Below, piece after piece: positions 25,481 through 37,241 of a DNA stretch of 64,000 bases. The translations under genes were made by a program, and so were the position numbers. This stretch comes from Macrostomum lignano (Eukaryota), in contig NIVC01002159.1 of NCBI GenBank assembly GCA_002269645.1, positions 16,394 to 80,393 of the forward strand, in the 5' to 3' direction. The notes beneath the pieces are model-generated. The model had not been told where the DNA came from. It was given only the letters and a program-made list of their open reading frames with translations, and ran no database searches. How positions within the stretch are numbered: the first letter of the stretch is position 1; each line of letters opens with the position of its first letter.

Positions 25481-26494
25481 GTAAAATGTAACAGTTAATT
25501 GCACTGCTTTGTGAGTCAGGCTTGCCAAATTAGAAGTATTTATTTTTATATACCAAAAGTTCAAGAAGTCAATATCAGCTCATTGACTTTTACTGACTTA
25601 TTTTGTGTACATAATATTTACTCATTGCCAATGTATGTAGTGTCTAGTATGCATGCAGCATGTGCTTAGGCTAAAGTTGGAAATTTTTATTGCACTTTAT
25701 TGTTAAGTGGCATGTGCTATTGGTGGTTTCTCAATAATATAAAGGCCAATTTGGCTATCACTTGGAGTCACATTTTCTTGTGCTCAGCCAAGCACTCTTT
25801 TATAATAAAGATTCCTTACTGCTATAGCACAATATTTATGCCAATTAGGTGTTATTGGATTATTATCTAAAATATAATATAAAAATACTATATATGGAAT
25901 AATGTTATCAAGTCTCTCTGAACTTTGATTTTGGCCTTAACTTTGAAGTTAAGTACTTGATCAAATACTGTAGTAAACAGAAGTTTGTGCATAAGCATTG
26001 AAATTTTTAAAGTAAGGGGGGCATCAATAGTACCCTAGCCCCCTCCCACTCTTTAGGAACTGTTAATATATTTTTCTCCAAATCCTATATACCAAAAATG
26101 AGTTGTTTGTAGTTATGCAAAATAGAATGCTAAAAATGTTATAATTTTTAATCCATATATAGTATTTCCTACTGGTGTTACTTATGACAGGTGGAGACTA
26201 AAATATGTATCATATAAGGTCAGATCCAGGATCTGAGTTCCATCATCAGATCAGCAATTAATTGATTATAACAAATGAGCAATAATCATATGCGTTAGAA
26301 GGGGGGCATCAATGGTACTTGCCCCCCCCCCCACTTTTTAAAACTGCCTATGGTTTTGTGGCTTAATACCTAATTTCTAGCCATAAGGTAAAAATGTCTA
26401 AAAGACAAATATATATTTTATAGTTGGAATTTTGTGTAAACTGGCCATATTGCAAAAGCAAGACCATGACCTCTAACTTTTCTGTCTAACGCAG

Positions 26495-26631
26495 GCAAAG
26501 TGGAAAGCAACATTATTGTGAAAACTTGGCAGGCCAGCGCCAGCGAACATATCTACTGCGAAGTCCTCGAGCCCCAGGCGGTGGCCTACTTTTATCGATT
26601 GTCGCCTGCCAAGGATTTTGGCGTCCAGTTT
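26495..26631 (+). CDS. PRADC1: PRADC1 exon 2
   Basis: ctaacgcag| acceptor and TTT|GTGAGT donor. EHIYCEVLEPQAVAYFYRLSPAKDFGVQF resembles human [28 protein letters not shown] (recalled). Confidence 0.9.
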
Positions 26632-26872
26632 GTGAGTCGATGCTTATAAATAAGCTGATTATGGGCTATAATAATAGAGTTTGATAAATCTGGCCTTACT
26701 TGAGGGCCAACCCCCCCCCCACCAAGGCACAGATACAGGCACTGTTCAGTGTACACCCGCTGTACACCCTGTGTGAGTGTGCCTGCCAGAGGTCAACAGA
26801 ATAGGATAAATTGCAGCCCTCATGTCAACTGTGGTAGTAATCCAAGTGTGCATTGACTGAACCCGTTCTCAG

Positions 26873-27147
26873 AACTTCACATTCTACTCAGCCAAGCTGG
26901 TGTTCAGCCACCCGGCTCACGGATGCAGCCAGCTGAGTAACGCCTATCAAGTCGGCAGCCGCATTGTGGCCATCGAGCGGGGCGGCTGCAGCTTCATGAC
27001 CAAGGCGCTGGTTGCGCAGGAGGCTGGCGCACTGGCCGTGATCGTCTACGACAACGAGGCAGAGTCGGACGTGCACGTGTCCATGGTAGATGACGGCACC
27101 CATAGGGAAGTGGCACTTCCGGCCATGTTCATGTCCGGGAAGGATGG
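26873..27147 (+). CDS. PRADC1: PRADC1 exon 3, PA domain
   Basis: ttctcag| acceptor and GG|GTGAGT donor. Encodes IVAIERGGCSFMTKALVAQEAGALAVIVYDN, a PA-domain signature. Confidence 0.93.
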
Positions 27148-27220
27148 GTGAGTGTCTGGGTCACCACATCAGTGCCTCAAGAGTCAAGAATCCAGTCAGT
27201 AAGCTATCCTACTCCCGCAG

Positions 27221-27341
27221 ACACACAATCAAGCACACCCTGGAGTCGCTCGGATATGGCTACGCTCTGGTGAACTTGCCAATGAATTTGACTACCAATC
27301 AGATGTACATGATGAAGCAGGCGCCTTGGAATGTGTGGTAG
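27221..27341 (+). CDS. PRADC1: PRADC1 last exon
   Basis: cccgcag| acceptor in phase 2. HTIKHTLESLGYGYALVNLPMN...KQAPWNVW* matches the PPWxxW C-terminus. Confidence 0.93.
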
Positions 27342-28305
27342 CGTTGGCACAAGCGTTCCTTATTGATTTTGTGCCAACCATCGATTAACCATTTTCTTCT
27401 GCCTGCACAAATTGTAAATGAGTTGGTTCTGTTCATTGGAACAGTTTTAATTATAATTATTTTTCTTGCCTTTCCGACAACTTTTGTCTCTCTTTGATTT
27501 TTAAAGGCCCTAGGGTTTTTGGTGGTCTTCCTTGAGACGTTTTCAAATCATAGTCTAGTCCGTAGACTTGCTTGCTCACTCTGCTGTCACGAAAAATGGA
27601 TTCTGTTAAATTGGACAATTTAACGATTGATTACAACGGTTGCTAAAATGTTTGCCGTGATTCCTTTTGTCTAAGAGTATACAGTGTATATGTATCTGAA
27701 CTCGTATCTTTATTTCCTGGTTTGTCTCACTCAATTTTATCCCGCCATTATTTTTATTTTCTATCCGCAAATAAACAACTGAGTCACGGATGTCCAAATG
27801 AGATAAGGATTAGCGAGTCGATTTAAGACACGCTATAAGAGTGGCTTGGCAAAATGACGGCGGCACAGTGGCTTTGTTTTATTTGTAACTTTTTTTGAGT
27901 GCTAAGGAAGCATTTCATTTAATCAGAGACGTGCCACACAAATGCAGCGGCGTGCGCGTGTAAAAACTGAATTATTAATGACTGAATGACTGCTGGCAAT
28001 GGCACTAACTCTACAGTGCAAGCTCTACTTCCAAAAATAAGACTAACGTGTTATCGATATCGATACCTTGTTATACTGTGCTGTTAGTTGACACGTTCGA
28101 AACATTTCTAGGACGATTGCAGTTACCAGTTACCGCCGTATCTGTATTCTGTAGTAATCTCTTATGTACTGTACAGTCCCCTAGGGGGGGGGGGGCAGTT
28201 AGCTAGTCTACATCCACTAAAACTGAAAATCCAAAATCAACAGCACAAGCTAATGCCGACTAGCTGCATTCAATAAAAGAAAGTAAAGTTTTAATAGTTC
28301 GATCA

Positions 28306-28836
28306 TCAGAGTCTCAGTCTAGGCTTATTGAGAGCTGAATCGAACAGGCCCATGGATTCCAGCACAATATTTCGGAGATCGTGAGGCTTAGTGGGAAAGT
28401 ACAAGTTCATGAATATGGTATTGACGTGGCCGCCGTTAACAACGCGACAGTGCATATCGGGCCAAAGCTCGGTGAGGGGAAACACGCCGTCCCTGGGAAT
28501 GTATCCGTCGCCCAGGGCTTGCAGGCTGTAGATCGGGCCAACCGGGGGCTCGAAGTTGCCCATATGGGTGAAGTAGTCCAGCAGACAGGTCACGAACTCG
28601 CGCACATCTTTCTCTTCGGCAGTGTCTGGTTGGTGCCGCTGCTGCCGGTGCTTGTTCTCCATGGCGTTCATCATCTGGATGTCGTCTTGAGTAGGGGTCT
28701 GATCATCCCGACTGCGCTGTCCAGACGCGAACAGGCCCACGCCATAGTCGGAGATGGAGGTGTACACCGACCGGAGGCGTTCCAGACTGCCCAGTGAGCG
28801 AATGGAATCCGTGAGCCAGGCCGGGTTGGGGTCCAC
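28306..28836 (-). CDS. ABHD18: ABHD18 exon 5 (last)
   Basis: catcag| acceptor in phase 0. Encodes THMGNFEPPV, LQALGDGYIPRDGV (putative catalytic Asp) and LWP...GGHV (putative catalytic His). Confidence 0.9.
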   Translation of the reverse strand: MDPNPAWLTDSIRSLGSLERLRSVYTSISDYGVGLFASGQRSRDDQTPTQDDIQMMNAMENKHRQQRHQPDTAEEKDVREFVTCLLDYFTHMGNFEPPVGPIYSLQALGDGYIPRDGVFPLTELWPDMHCRVVNGGHVNTIFMNLYFPTKPHDLRNIVLESMGLFDSALNKPRLRL

Positions 28837-28984
28837 CTGATGGCGGGCGGAGTAACGGCTCAGATTGGTTGAGACTAAATCGTTTCATTGGACCCCCAAA
28901 ACGAATCAAATCGACAAGATAAAATCAATCGATCACAATAGTCAATGATCAGCTACCACCATGATCACCAGCTGCATTTTTTAT

Positions 28985-29825
28985 CATAGCTACTGTTATG
29001 ATTATGGTCATAGCTACTGTTATGATTATGGTCATAGCTACTGTTATGATTATGGTCATAGCTACTGTTATGATTATGGTCATAGCTACTGTTATGATTA
29101 TGGTCATAGCTACTGTTATGATTATGGCCATAGCTACTGTTATGATTATGGTCATAGCTACTGTTATGGTTATGGTCATAGCTACTGTTATGATTATGGT
29201 CATAGCTACTGTTATGATTATGGTCATAGCTACTGTTATGATTATGGTCATAGCTACTGTTATGGTTATGGTCATAGCTACTGTTATGATTATGGTCATA
29301 GCTACTGTTATGGTTATGGTCATAGCTACTGTCATGATTATGGTCATAGCTACTGTTATGATTATGGTCATAGCTACTGTTATGATTATGGTCATAGCTA
29401 CTGTTATGATTATGGTCATAGCTACTGTTATGATTATGTCATAGCTACTGTTATGATTATGGTCATAGCTACTGTTATGGTTATGGTCATAGCTACTGTT
29501 ATGATTATGGTCATAGCTACTGTTATGGTTATGGTCATAGCTACTGTTATGATTACGGTCATAGCTACTGTTATGATTATGGTCATAGCTACTGTTATGA
29601 TTATGGTCATAGCTACTGTTATGATTATGGTCATAGCTACTGTTATGATTATGGTCATAGCTACTGTTATGGTTATGGTCATAGCTACTGTTATGATTAT
29701 GGTCATAGCTACTGTTATGGTTATGGTCATAGCTACTGTTATGATTACGGTCATAGCTACTGTTATGATTATGGTAATAGCTACTGTTATGATTATGGTC
29801 ATAGCTACTGTTATGATTATGGTCA
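28985..29825. repeat. 24-bp intronic minisatellite (TCATAGCTACTGTTATGATTATGG)n
   Basis: 24-bp period, about 35 copies with one frameshifting unit near 29438; fills ABHD18 intron 4. Confidence 0.97.
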
Positions 29826-29874
29826 TAAGCTACGAGCTAAAACTACAGTCATAGCCAGTCAAAGCGCTACAAAC

Positions 29875-30475
29875 CCCATTGTCTCCCTTAGCAGCGGCCT
29901 GCAGCGGGTCGGCGAACGTGGCCGGCACCCGGTAGCGCGGCGGACAGCCCGAGTCCCGAATCAGCGGCCAGATCCTCTCGCGGAAGGCGGCGTCTCCGGC
30001 CAGCTGCTGACGGATCACCTCCCAGTCCAGCGAGTCGGAGAGGCTGCCGCGCACGTAGCACGGGCTGCTGGAGGTCCAGGACAGGCAGGGCACCAGCGGC
30101 AGAGGCCGATTGTAGACGCTGGCAGCCAGGGAGGCCATGAAGCCACCCAAGGAGACGCCGTGAAGGGCCAGCGGGCTGTAGCCGCGGTCCTCGAGCCAGC
30201 GCAGCAACAGCCAGCACTCCAGTATGAGCGAGCCGCCCATTAGAAACAGGTCGGACAGGTGCGGCAATGATGAGTACTTCTGACTTGCTGGCCGGCGCGG
30301 CTTATAGAACGGATTGACAAGCAGCAGGGAGCCGACGCCAAGGTAGGCCAGCCGCTGGGCGTGCAGCTGCTGCAGGGTGACGCTGTAATCTCCGGTGCCG
30401 GCCAGGTGCAGCACCACCGGCGGCTGGCACGCCGGATCGCGCGATGCGGCGGTTCGCGGCAACCACATGGTGAAG
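29875..30475 (-). CDS. ABHD18: ABHD18 exon 4, alpha/beta-hydrolase core
   Basis: cccag| acceptor in phase 2. Encodes VVLHLAGTGD, LLLVNPFY, SDLFLMGGSLILE, GVSLGG (GxSxG nucleophile) and PLPLVPCLSWTS. The donor GGG|GTTTGT is less certain. Confidence 0.92.
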
Positions 30476-30519
30476 CTGGGTGGGGGTGCGAAAGACGGGG
30501 AAATTGTTCGGATTGTCAA

Positions 30520-31690
30520 TGAAAACAGGGTAATGACCCCAATGACCAGGGACAACAGGGTAATGACCCCAATGACCAGGGACAACAGGGTAATGACCCC
30601 AATGACCAGGGACAACAGGGTAATGACCCCAATGACCAGTGACAACAGATTAATGATCCTAATGGTTAAGGACAACATAGTAATGATCCTAATGGTTAAG
30701 GACAACAGGTTAATTTAATGACCTCAATGGTTAAGGACAACAGGGTAATGACTCCAATCACCAGGGACAACAGGGTAATGGCCCCAATGACCAGGGACAA
30801 CAGGGTAATGACCCCAATGGTCAAGGACAACAGGGTAATGATTCCAATGACCAGGGACAACAGGTTAATGACCCCAATGACCAGGGACAACAGGATAATG
30901 ACCCCAATGACCAGGGACAACAGATTAATTATCCTAATGGTTAAGGACAACAGAGTAATGACTCCAATGGTTAAGGACAACAGGATAATGACCCCAATGG
31001 CCAAGGACAACAGGGTAATTATCCAATGGTCAAGAACAACAGGGTAATGACCCCAATGGTCAAGGACAACAGGATAATGACCCCAATGGTTGAGGACAAC
31101 AGGGTAATGACCCATGCATGGCCAAGGACAACATGGTAATGACCCCAATGGCCAAGGACAACAGGGTAATGACCCCAATGGCCAAGGACATGGTAATGAC
31201 CCCAATGGCCAAGGACAACAGGATAATGACCCCAATGGCCAAGGACAACAGGATAATGACCCCAATGGCCAAGGACAACAGGATAATGACCCCAATGGCC
31301 AAGGACAACAGGGTAATTATCCAATGGTCAAGAACAACAGGGTAATGACCCCAATGGTCAAGGACAACAGGATAATGACCCCAATGGTTGAGGACAACAG
31401 GATAATGACCCCAATGGCTAAGGACAACAGGATAATGACCCCAATGGCCAAGGACAACAGGGTAATGACCCCAATGGCCAAGGACATGGTAATGACCCCA
31501 ATGGCCAAGGACAACAGGATAATGACCCCAATGGCCAAGGACAACAGGATAATGACCCCAATGGCCAAGGACAACAGGATAATGACCCCAATGGCCAAGG
31601 ACAACAGGATAATGACCCCAATGGCTAAGGACAACAGGATAATGACCCAATGGCTAAGGACAACAGGATAATGACCCCAGTGGCCAAGGC
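30520..31690. repeat. 30-bp intronic minisatellite (GACAACAGGGTAATGACCCCAATGRCCARG)n
   Basis: 30-bp period with indel variants; fills ABHD18 intron 3. Confidence 0.95.
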
Positions 31691-31727
31691 TGAATCAAGG
31701 TGAATTTCCCGAACTCCATCTACTCAC

Positions 31728-31834
31728 TGGGCAGTTCGAGTCTCCACTGGCATGCAGCCGGGCATCATCTCGTCAAAGGGCGACTGAAAGCTGCCCTCTA
31801 ACACGTTGAGCTTCTTGTCGTCGCTGACGTATTT
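31728..31834 (-). CDS. ABHD18: ABHD18 exon 3
   Basis: ctgcag| acceptor and CA|GTGAGT donor. KLNVLEGSFQSPFDEMMPGCMPVETRTA resembles human [26 protein letters not shown] (recalled). Confidence 0.9.
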
Positions 31835-31905
31835 CTGCAGTTGGCGGCAAAGTGATTCATTTATAAGCAGCCAGAACTCTCAGAGTCGGCCCGCCCCGCA
31901 CTCAC

Positions 31906-32002
31906 CCTGTTAATCTGAATGGGGTGGTGCCGGCCGTATTTATCAAGCAGCGATTTTCTGACAAAGTCCGGATCGCGAAAATATGGGAAATTGTTCACGA
32001 GG
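31906..32002 (-). CDS. ABHD18: ABHD18 exon 2
   Basis: tttcag| acceptor, AGG|GTGAGT donor, phases 2/0 consistent. Confidence 0.85.
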
Positions 32003-32086
32003 CTGAAACAGACAGACGGGACATTGTTCAAGGAAATTATTAAAAAAGAATCTTCTAAAAGCAACTGGTTCAAAAAATTATATTAC

Positions 32087-32190
32087 CGCTCCAACAGTTG
32101 CGGACTTCCCAGACCGTTAGAAAAAATTTTGGGCAGACGCGTCATTTTAATAACCTGCCGATAAATCTTGTCCATTCTTTTCCCGGCCAT
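32087..32190 (-). CDS. ABHD18: ABHD18 exon 1
   Basis: MAGKRMDKIYRQVIKMTRLPKIFSNGLGSP resembles the family N-terminus SKLDILYRR...LFIRGWGRP (recalled). CG|GTAATA donor. The five exons total 1440 nt, i.e. 479 aa. Confidence 0.85.
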
Positions 32191-32683
32191 TTCCCAATCG
32201 CCGGTGGCCGGAAGCGGCGGCGTTCTAATTGTTCTGCAATTTGGTGATTGAGTCGGCGAATTACTCTACTGATAGTAGAAATTAGTGTTTTTTGTGCTAA
32301 TTCTTTGTCCCAGACTGAAGTTGCAGCTACTAACAGTAGAAATGCAAGTAAACGACGCGCGAAATACGCTCTGAAGAGAGATTTTTTAAATGAAAAGATT
32401 AGGCAGAAAGCTTTTAGATTAAGCGCCATCTGCACTGCTGATAAATGTATTTAAACTTTAAACTGTTAAACAGGGCACCAAAAATGCAACAAAACAAAAA
32501 CACAGCGGAAAAACTTTTGTGACGGATCAAAAAGGATCCAAAAAATGGGTCTACTCTTAACTCTCTTAAAGACAAAACTGGAAACTGGAAACAATAAAGA
32601 AAACTTGAAACAGAACAACACACCAGCACCAGAGACTGAATAGAATTGACAGTGTTGAGGAGATTAGATCTCTCAAGTCAGCG

Positions 32684-32899
32684 TCAGTGCAACGAGCGCT
32701 GGATCACGGCAGCCCGAATGAACTCCCGCATCTCCGGCTTGCCGCTCGCCCCGCCCACCGCAGAGGCGGCGGCGGCTCCGCCCTCCGGCTCCGGCACATT
32801 CATCCGCCTGGCCAGCGCCTCCAACCGCGTCACCCGCTCAGCCAGCCGCTCCTATTCGCCTTTGCTGGTCTCCTGATGCACCCGAAGGCGCTCCGTCAT
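32684..32899 (-). CDS. Small coiled-coil protein, exon 2, containing an in-frame TAG at 32854-32852
   Basis: ccgcag| acceptor in phase 0. Encodes MTERLRVHQETSKGE*ERLAERVTRLEALARRM...REFIRAAVIQRSLH*. Confidence 0.65.
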
Positions 32900-32924
32900 C
32901 TGCGGTGGCGGGGTTTGAATAACA

Positions 32925-33135
32925 GCTACTCCAGTGCCCACAGCTACCCTCCCAGTGCCTTCAGTGCCCACAGCAGCCCTCCCAGTGCCTTCAGTGCCCA
33001 CAGCTGCCCTCCCAGTGCCTTCAGTGCCCACAGCAGCCCTCCCAGTGCCTTCAGTGCCCACAGCAGCCCTCCCAGTGCCTTCAGTGCCCACAGCTACCCC
33101 CCCCCCAGTGCCTACAGCTCCCAGCTCCCTCCCAG
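32925..33135. repeat. 30-bp intronic minisatellite (CAGCAGCCCTCCCAGTGCCTTCAGTGCCCA)n
   Basis: About 6 copies inside intron 32900-33148. Confidence 0.9.
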
Positions 33136-33148
33136 TCCAAGCGGTCAC

Positions 33149-33442
33149 CTGACCCGCGTGCTGCTTGGCCATCTCGGTGGACCGCACCGCCAGCTCGGTG
33201 GCCCGCTCAAGCCTGGACAGCTCGATGTCCGCCTTGCGAACGGCCTCCTCTAGCAGGTCGGCCTGGGCGCTGGCGGACGTGGCCCTGGCTCGGGCCTGAC
33301 TGAGCTTCTGCTCCAAGGCGGAGACGAATTTCAGCTCGGTCTCTAAGCCGCGCTGGTATTTCTCCAGCTCGGCGCCCAGGCTGCCGATGGTGTCGATGAG
33401 GCCGTCCTCCAGATTTTGCTTGCTATTGCTGCTGCTGTCCAT
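33149..33442 (-). CDS. Small coiled-coil protein, first coding exon (family not recognised)
   Basis: ATG 33 nt after an aattgcag acceptor, heptad-rich LEKYQRGLETELKFVSALEQKLSQARAR, CAG|GTGACC donor. Confidence 0.75.
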
Positions 33443-33509
33443 GATGGCTGATTTGCTGCCGGTTTCTGGCAATTGCTGCAATTCAGCAATTATCGAGTGA
33501 GTATTGCTA

Positions 33510-34110
33510 TACTAGCGTACTAAAGTACTAGCGTACTAAAGTACTAGCGTACTAAAGTACTAGCGTACTAAAGTACTAGCGTACTAAAGTACTAGCGTAC
33601 TAAAGTACTAGCGTACTAAAGTACTAGCGTACTAAAGTACTAGCGTACTAAAGTACTAGCGTACTAAAGTACTAGCGTACTAAAGTACTAGCGTACTAAA
33701 GTACTAGCGTACTAAAGTACTAGCGTACTAAAGTACTAGCGTACTAAAGTACTAGCGTACTAAAGTACTAGCGTACTAAAGTACTAGCGTACTAAAGTAC
33801 TAGCGTACTAAAGTACTAGCGTACTAAAGTACTAGCGTACTAAAGTACTAGCGTACTAAAGTACTAGCGTACTAAAGTACTAGCGTACTAAAGTACTAGC
33901 GTACTAAAGTACTAGCGTACTAAAGTACTAGCGTACTAAAGTACTAGCGTACTAAAGTACTAGCGTACTAAAGTACTAGCGTACTAAAGTACTAGCTTAC
34001 TAAATTACTAGCGTACTAAATTACTACCGTACTAAAGTACTACCGTACTAAAGTACTACCGAACTAAAGTACTACCGTACCAGAGTACTACCGTACTGAC
34101 TAGAGTACTA
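33510..34110. repeat. 16-bp minisatellite (TACTAAAGTACTAGCG)n
   Basis: Perfect core with a decaying right edge. Confidence 0.97.
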
Positions 34111-35408
34111 CCGGTTACTCGGTAATAAAAAAATGTGATACGCACTAGTTGCTATGCTTTTATCCTATTTCTACTACGGATTTGAATTGATACATAAAAA
34201 CAATTAATCAAATACAGAAAGGAATAAAAATTACGATACAAAACTCGTTCTGCTCTGTGATAGTTTTTAAGCAGTGTGCAGTTCTTTATATAATTGGTAA
34301 CAAGGAATATCAACTCGGCAATGTATAATAAGTTTGTAATGGAATACAGCGCGTACATACACAGAAAACGCACAAATTATTAAAGAGTAGAGTGCGTATA
34401 TGGCAACAAGCGCGTCAAGAGCTTGAGTTGCGGGTATAAATATACATAAACTAAATTATCAAATAAAAACTCTAGCAAGCACTGCAGGCAATGCGTAACC
34501 AGTAATAAAGGCTGCTATTCCGTTTGAGATCAAGAACTAGATTTTGTTATAAATTTAAGGCAAGCGGGAGATTACACTGCGGTTACAGTCAGACACAGAG
34601 ACATGGACACCTGCTGGTGCATCAACAGACAGACAGAAACCCAGATACTAAATTAGCCAGTCAGAGTCACCATAGCAACACACACCATAAATAAAAATAT
34701 TGAAGACAAATATAAAAATTTAGATTGCAACTTGATAACAAAAAGATACTAAATGACATAGAATTAGTTTTAGAAAGATTGCATTAGGTTTAAACACTGA
34801 CTTGTGCTTGGAATTCCTAGCCAGATAAATTATTGGAATGCCTGCTTCAATAAAATGAACTGCAAAAAGTATCAGATTATAAAATAGCGATGACTCTGTC
34901 TGAAGTAGCCAGTTTTATTAAATATTAAACCGTGTATTTTATTTTGAAAAATATGTATTTAATAGATTTAAAGCACATCGTGTACTTATTAAATAACGTT
35001 AACCGGAAATTTTTACTCACTAAATAAAGCCACGAGAAAAGCCACGGACAAAAAAGAAATATTAAGACAGGAATGCCGCAGGAGAAGAAACGCAAAGCCA
35101 AATAAAAGCAAACAATGGCTGTTAGGGAAAAAATGTGTGCGCATTGCGGAATCAGACAGACAGTTTTATGAGCAGACAGGTGTGAGAGATAGAGAGATCG
35201 GCCATAAATTGCAATGAGTAACCATTTAATGGCAAAGCCAGTCCGTACCAGCTATTTAGATAGAAACAGCCAACAAGGAGTCAGGACAGGAAAAACACGA
35301 CTGTAGCACTAATAAGATGACGAGGCATCGCAACAGTACGGCTCGGTTACTCCTTGGCGCGATTACCCCCCTCCCCTGATGTGAATTCAGTGGGATTTCG
35401 AAAGCGGG

Positions 35409-37241
35409 TCACTGCTCCTGCTGCATCTTGCGCACCATGTCCAGCACCCGAGACTGCCGCATAGAGGGCGCCCTGACCGGCGGCGCTGCTGGCTTGGAAG
35501 CTGACGCCGGAGCCGCAGCCGGGGCCCGCGAGCACTCGGCAGTGGCGGCTGGAGCAGCAGCAGCGGGGGATTTCAGAGACACCGGCCGGAAACCGCCCAG
35601 CTGAGCGGACAGGTCTGGCGATGAGCGACTCATGCTGCTGTTGCTGCTATTGCTGCTTTTAGAAGCATCTGAGCCAACAGCGGCTGGCGAGGCGGAGGTT
35701 TTTGCAGCAGTGCCAGCGGCAGCCGAGGAGTCGCCAGAGCCGCGCGGCACTGGCCGGAGACGTCGGCGAAGGAATTCGGCAACCGGAGGTGCCGTTGCCG
35801 AGTCGTCTGCAGCGGCAGTTGAGGCGGCGGAGGCGCCGACCTTCAATGCCGAAGCAGCGTTGCTTGGCGACTCAGAGCGGTCGTTGCTGCCCCTAGAAGC
35901 GGCTGTGGGGGCCGGGCGTACGGCGGCAATCTGGTCGGAGGAGCGGGAGGCCGGCACTGTTGAGACCGGACGGGGCGCCACGCGCGGCTTCGGGCCCAGC
36001 GGCGCGGGTTTGGTTGGAGCCACTGCCGGCGCGGCGGCGTTAGCTGGCGAGGGCTTCGCAACAACTGGAGGCGGAGGCGTCGGTTTTGCTGCTGCCGAGC
36101 GGTTGGCCAGCGAGGCCCGCGCGGCCGCGATGGGGTTGTCCGCCTCTCCGCTGCTCGGTGGGGAGCCGGAGGCGGCGGCGGCGGCGATCGCGGCGCCGGG
36201 AGATGTGGCGTGCCTGGCCGAGGCGAACACGCTGGCCGGCCGGCTTGCGACCACCGCAGACGACTTGGAAGCCGCCGCTGGCATGGTCGGCGTGGTCGCA
36301 TCGACCGCGGCGAAATCTGTAGCCGCCATGGTTCGAGTTTTGCGCAGTTGAACGCCGACAAATTCCGCTTTCGGCTGTGACGTTGTTGACGAGTCGTCGG
36401 CGGCAGCCGCAGGCGGGTTTGCCGGCTTCCGGCGCAGCTGCGGCACCGGCGCGCCCTCACGACCAGCGCCGGCGCCACCGCCTAGCAGGGCCGCAAACGG
36501 CGTTGCCTGACCGATGATTCGCTTCGGCGACTCTTTTGTCGGCTGCTGCTGCTGCTGCGATGGCGGAGCAGCCGGCTGCTGCCAGCGGGCAGGCCGCAGC
36601 TCGTCTTCGACAATCGGCAGCGCCGCCTTGGCCGTCTGGACCGCCGTCTCCTCCCGGATAAAACCGAGGCCGGGAGCAGAGCTGGCCGCTGCTGTTGACG
36701 AACCTGAAGCTGTTCCGCAGGCGCCGGTAGAGACACCGCCGCTGCCGCCACTGCCACCGCCGGCGCTCTGCCGATGCTGCGACGTCGGTCGTCGGGCGGG
36801 CCGCCTGACCGACATTTTGTGTTGCGCGGCAGAGTGGTCCAGCGGGTCGGCCGATGCCGCCGCCCCCGCTGCCGCAGCTGCCGCGGCGCCAGCTGCCGCG
36901 TCAGACACGTCGTCAGTGGAAGATCCATAGGAGAGCAGCGACCTGGTGGAGGCCGACCGGCTGTGATGAAGCCGAGGCTCTTCGTCAGCTCCGGGGGTCG
37001 GGCTGCGGGGAAGTCCCTCATCGTCGGACGTGAGACTGGCCTGCTGCGGCCGGTTGTTGTTCTGGACTGGCAAATTCGGCTGCTGGGGCCGCTCGACGCC
37101 GCGCGGAATGGGGATCGGCCTGGCTGGGGCGGCGGCAGCGGCTGGTTGCGGAGGTCCCGACGAAGGGGCGGCAGCGGCAGCTGCTGATGCTGATGAAGAG
37201 GATGACTTCTGCTGAGCTGCAGCCGACGCCCCAGCTGGAAC
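35409..37241 (-). CDS. Last exon of a low-complexity Pro/Ala/Ser-rich protein with a CRACD/KIAA1210 (DUF4592)-like motif
   Basis: 611-codon GC-rich frame after the acceptor tctctctcatccgatccag|. Contains PLDHSAAQHKMSVRRP, two GVxLR(K/R)-type segments and a C-terminal SRVLDMVRKMQ. Confidence 0.8.
   Translation of the reverse strand, partial: VPAGASAAAQQKSSSSSASAAAAAAPSSGPPQPAAAAAPARPIPIPRGVERPQQPNLPVQNNNRPQQASLTSDDEGLPRSPTPGADEEPRLHHSRSASTRSLLSYGSSTDDVSDAAAGAAAAAAAGAAASADPLDHSAAQHKMSVRRPARRPTSQHRQSAGGGSGGSGGVSTGACGTASGSSTAAASSAPGLGFIREETAVQTAKAALPIVEDELRPARWQQPAAPPSQQQQQPTKESPKRIIGQATPFAALLGGGAGAGREGAPVPQLRRKPANPPAAAADDSSTTSQPKAEFVGVQLRKTRTMAATDFAAVDATTPTMPAAASKSSAVVASRPASVFASARHATSPGAAIAAAAASGSPPSSGEADNPIAAARASLANRSAAAKPTPPPPVVAKPSPANAAAPAVAPTKPAPLGPKPRVAPRPVSTVPASRSSDQIAAVRPAPTAASRGSNDRSESPSNAASALKVGASAASTAAADDSATAPPVAEFLRRRLRPVPRGSGDSSAAAGTAAKTSASPAAVGSDASKSSNSSNSSMSRSSPDLSAQLGGFRPVSLKSPAAAAPAATAECSRAPAAAPASASKPAAPPVRAPSMRQSRVLDMVRKMQQEQ

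Noticed and set aside
28949-29854. YGHSYCYD and IATVMIMV repeat proteins
   Set aside because: Translations of the intronic 24-bp array of ABHD18.
32852-32854. Selenocysteine or pyrrolysine recoding of the internal stop
   Set aside because: The codon is TAG, not TGA, and pyrrolysine is not known in animals.
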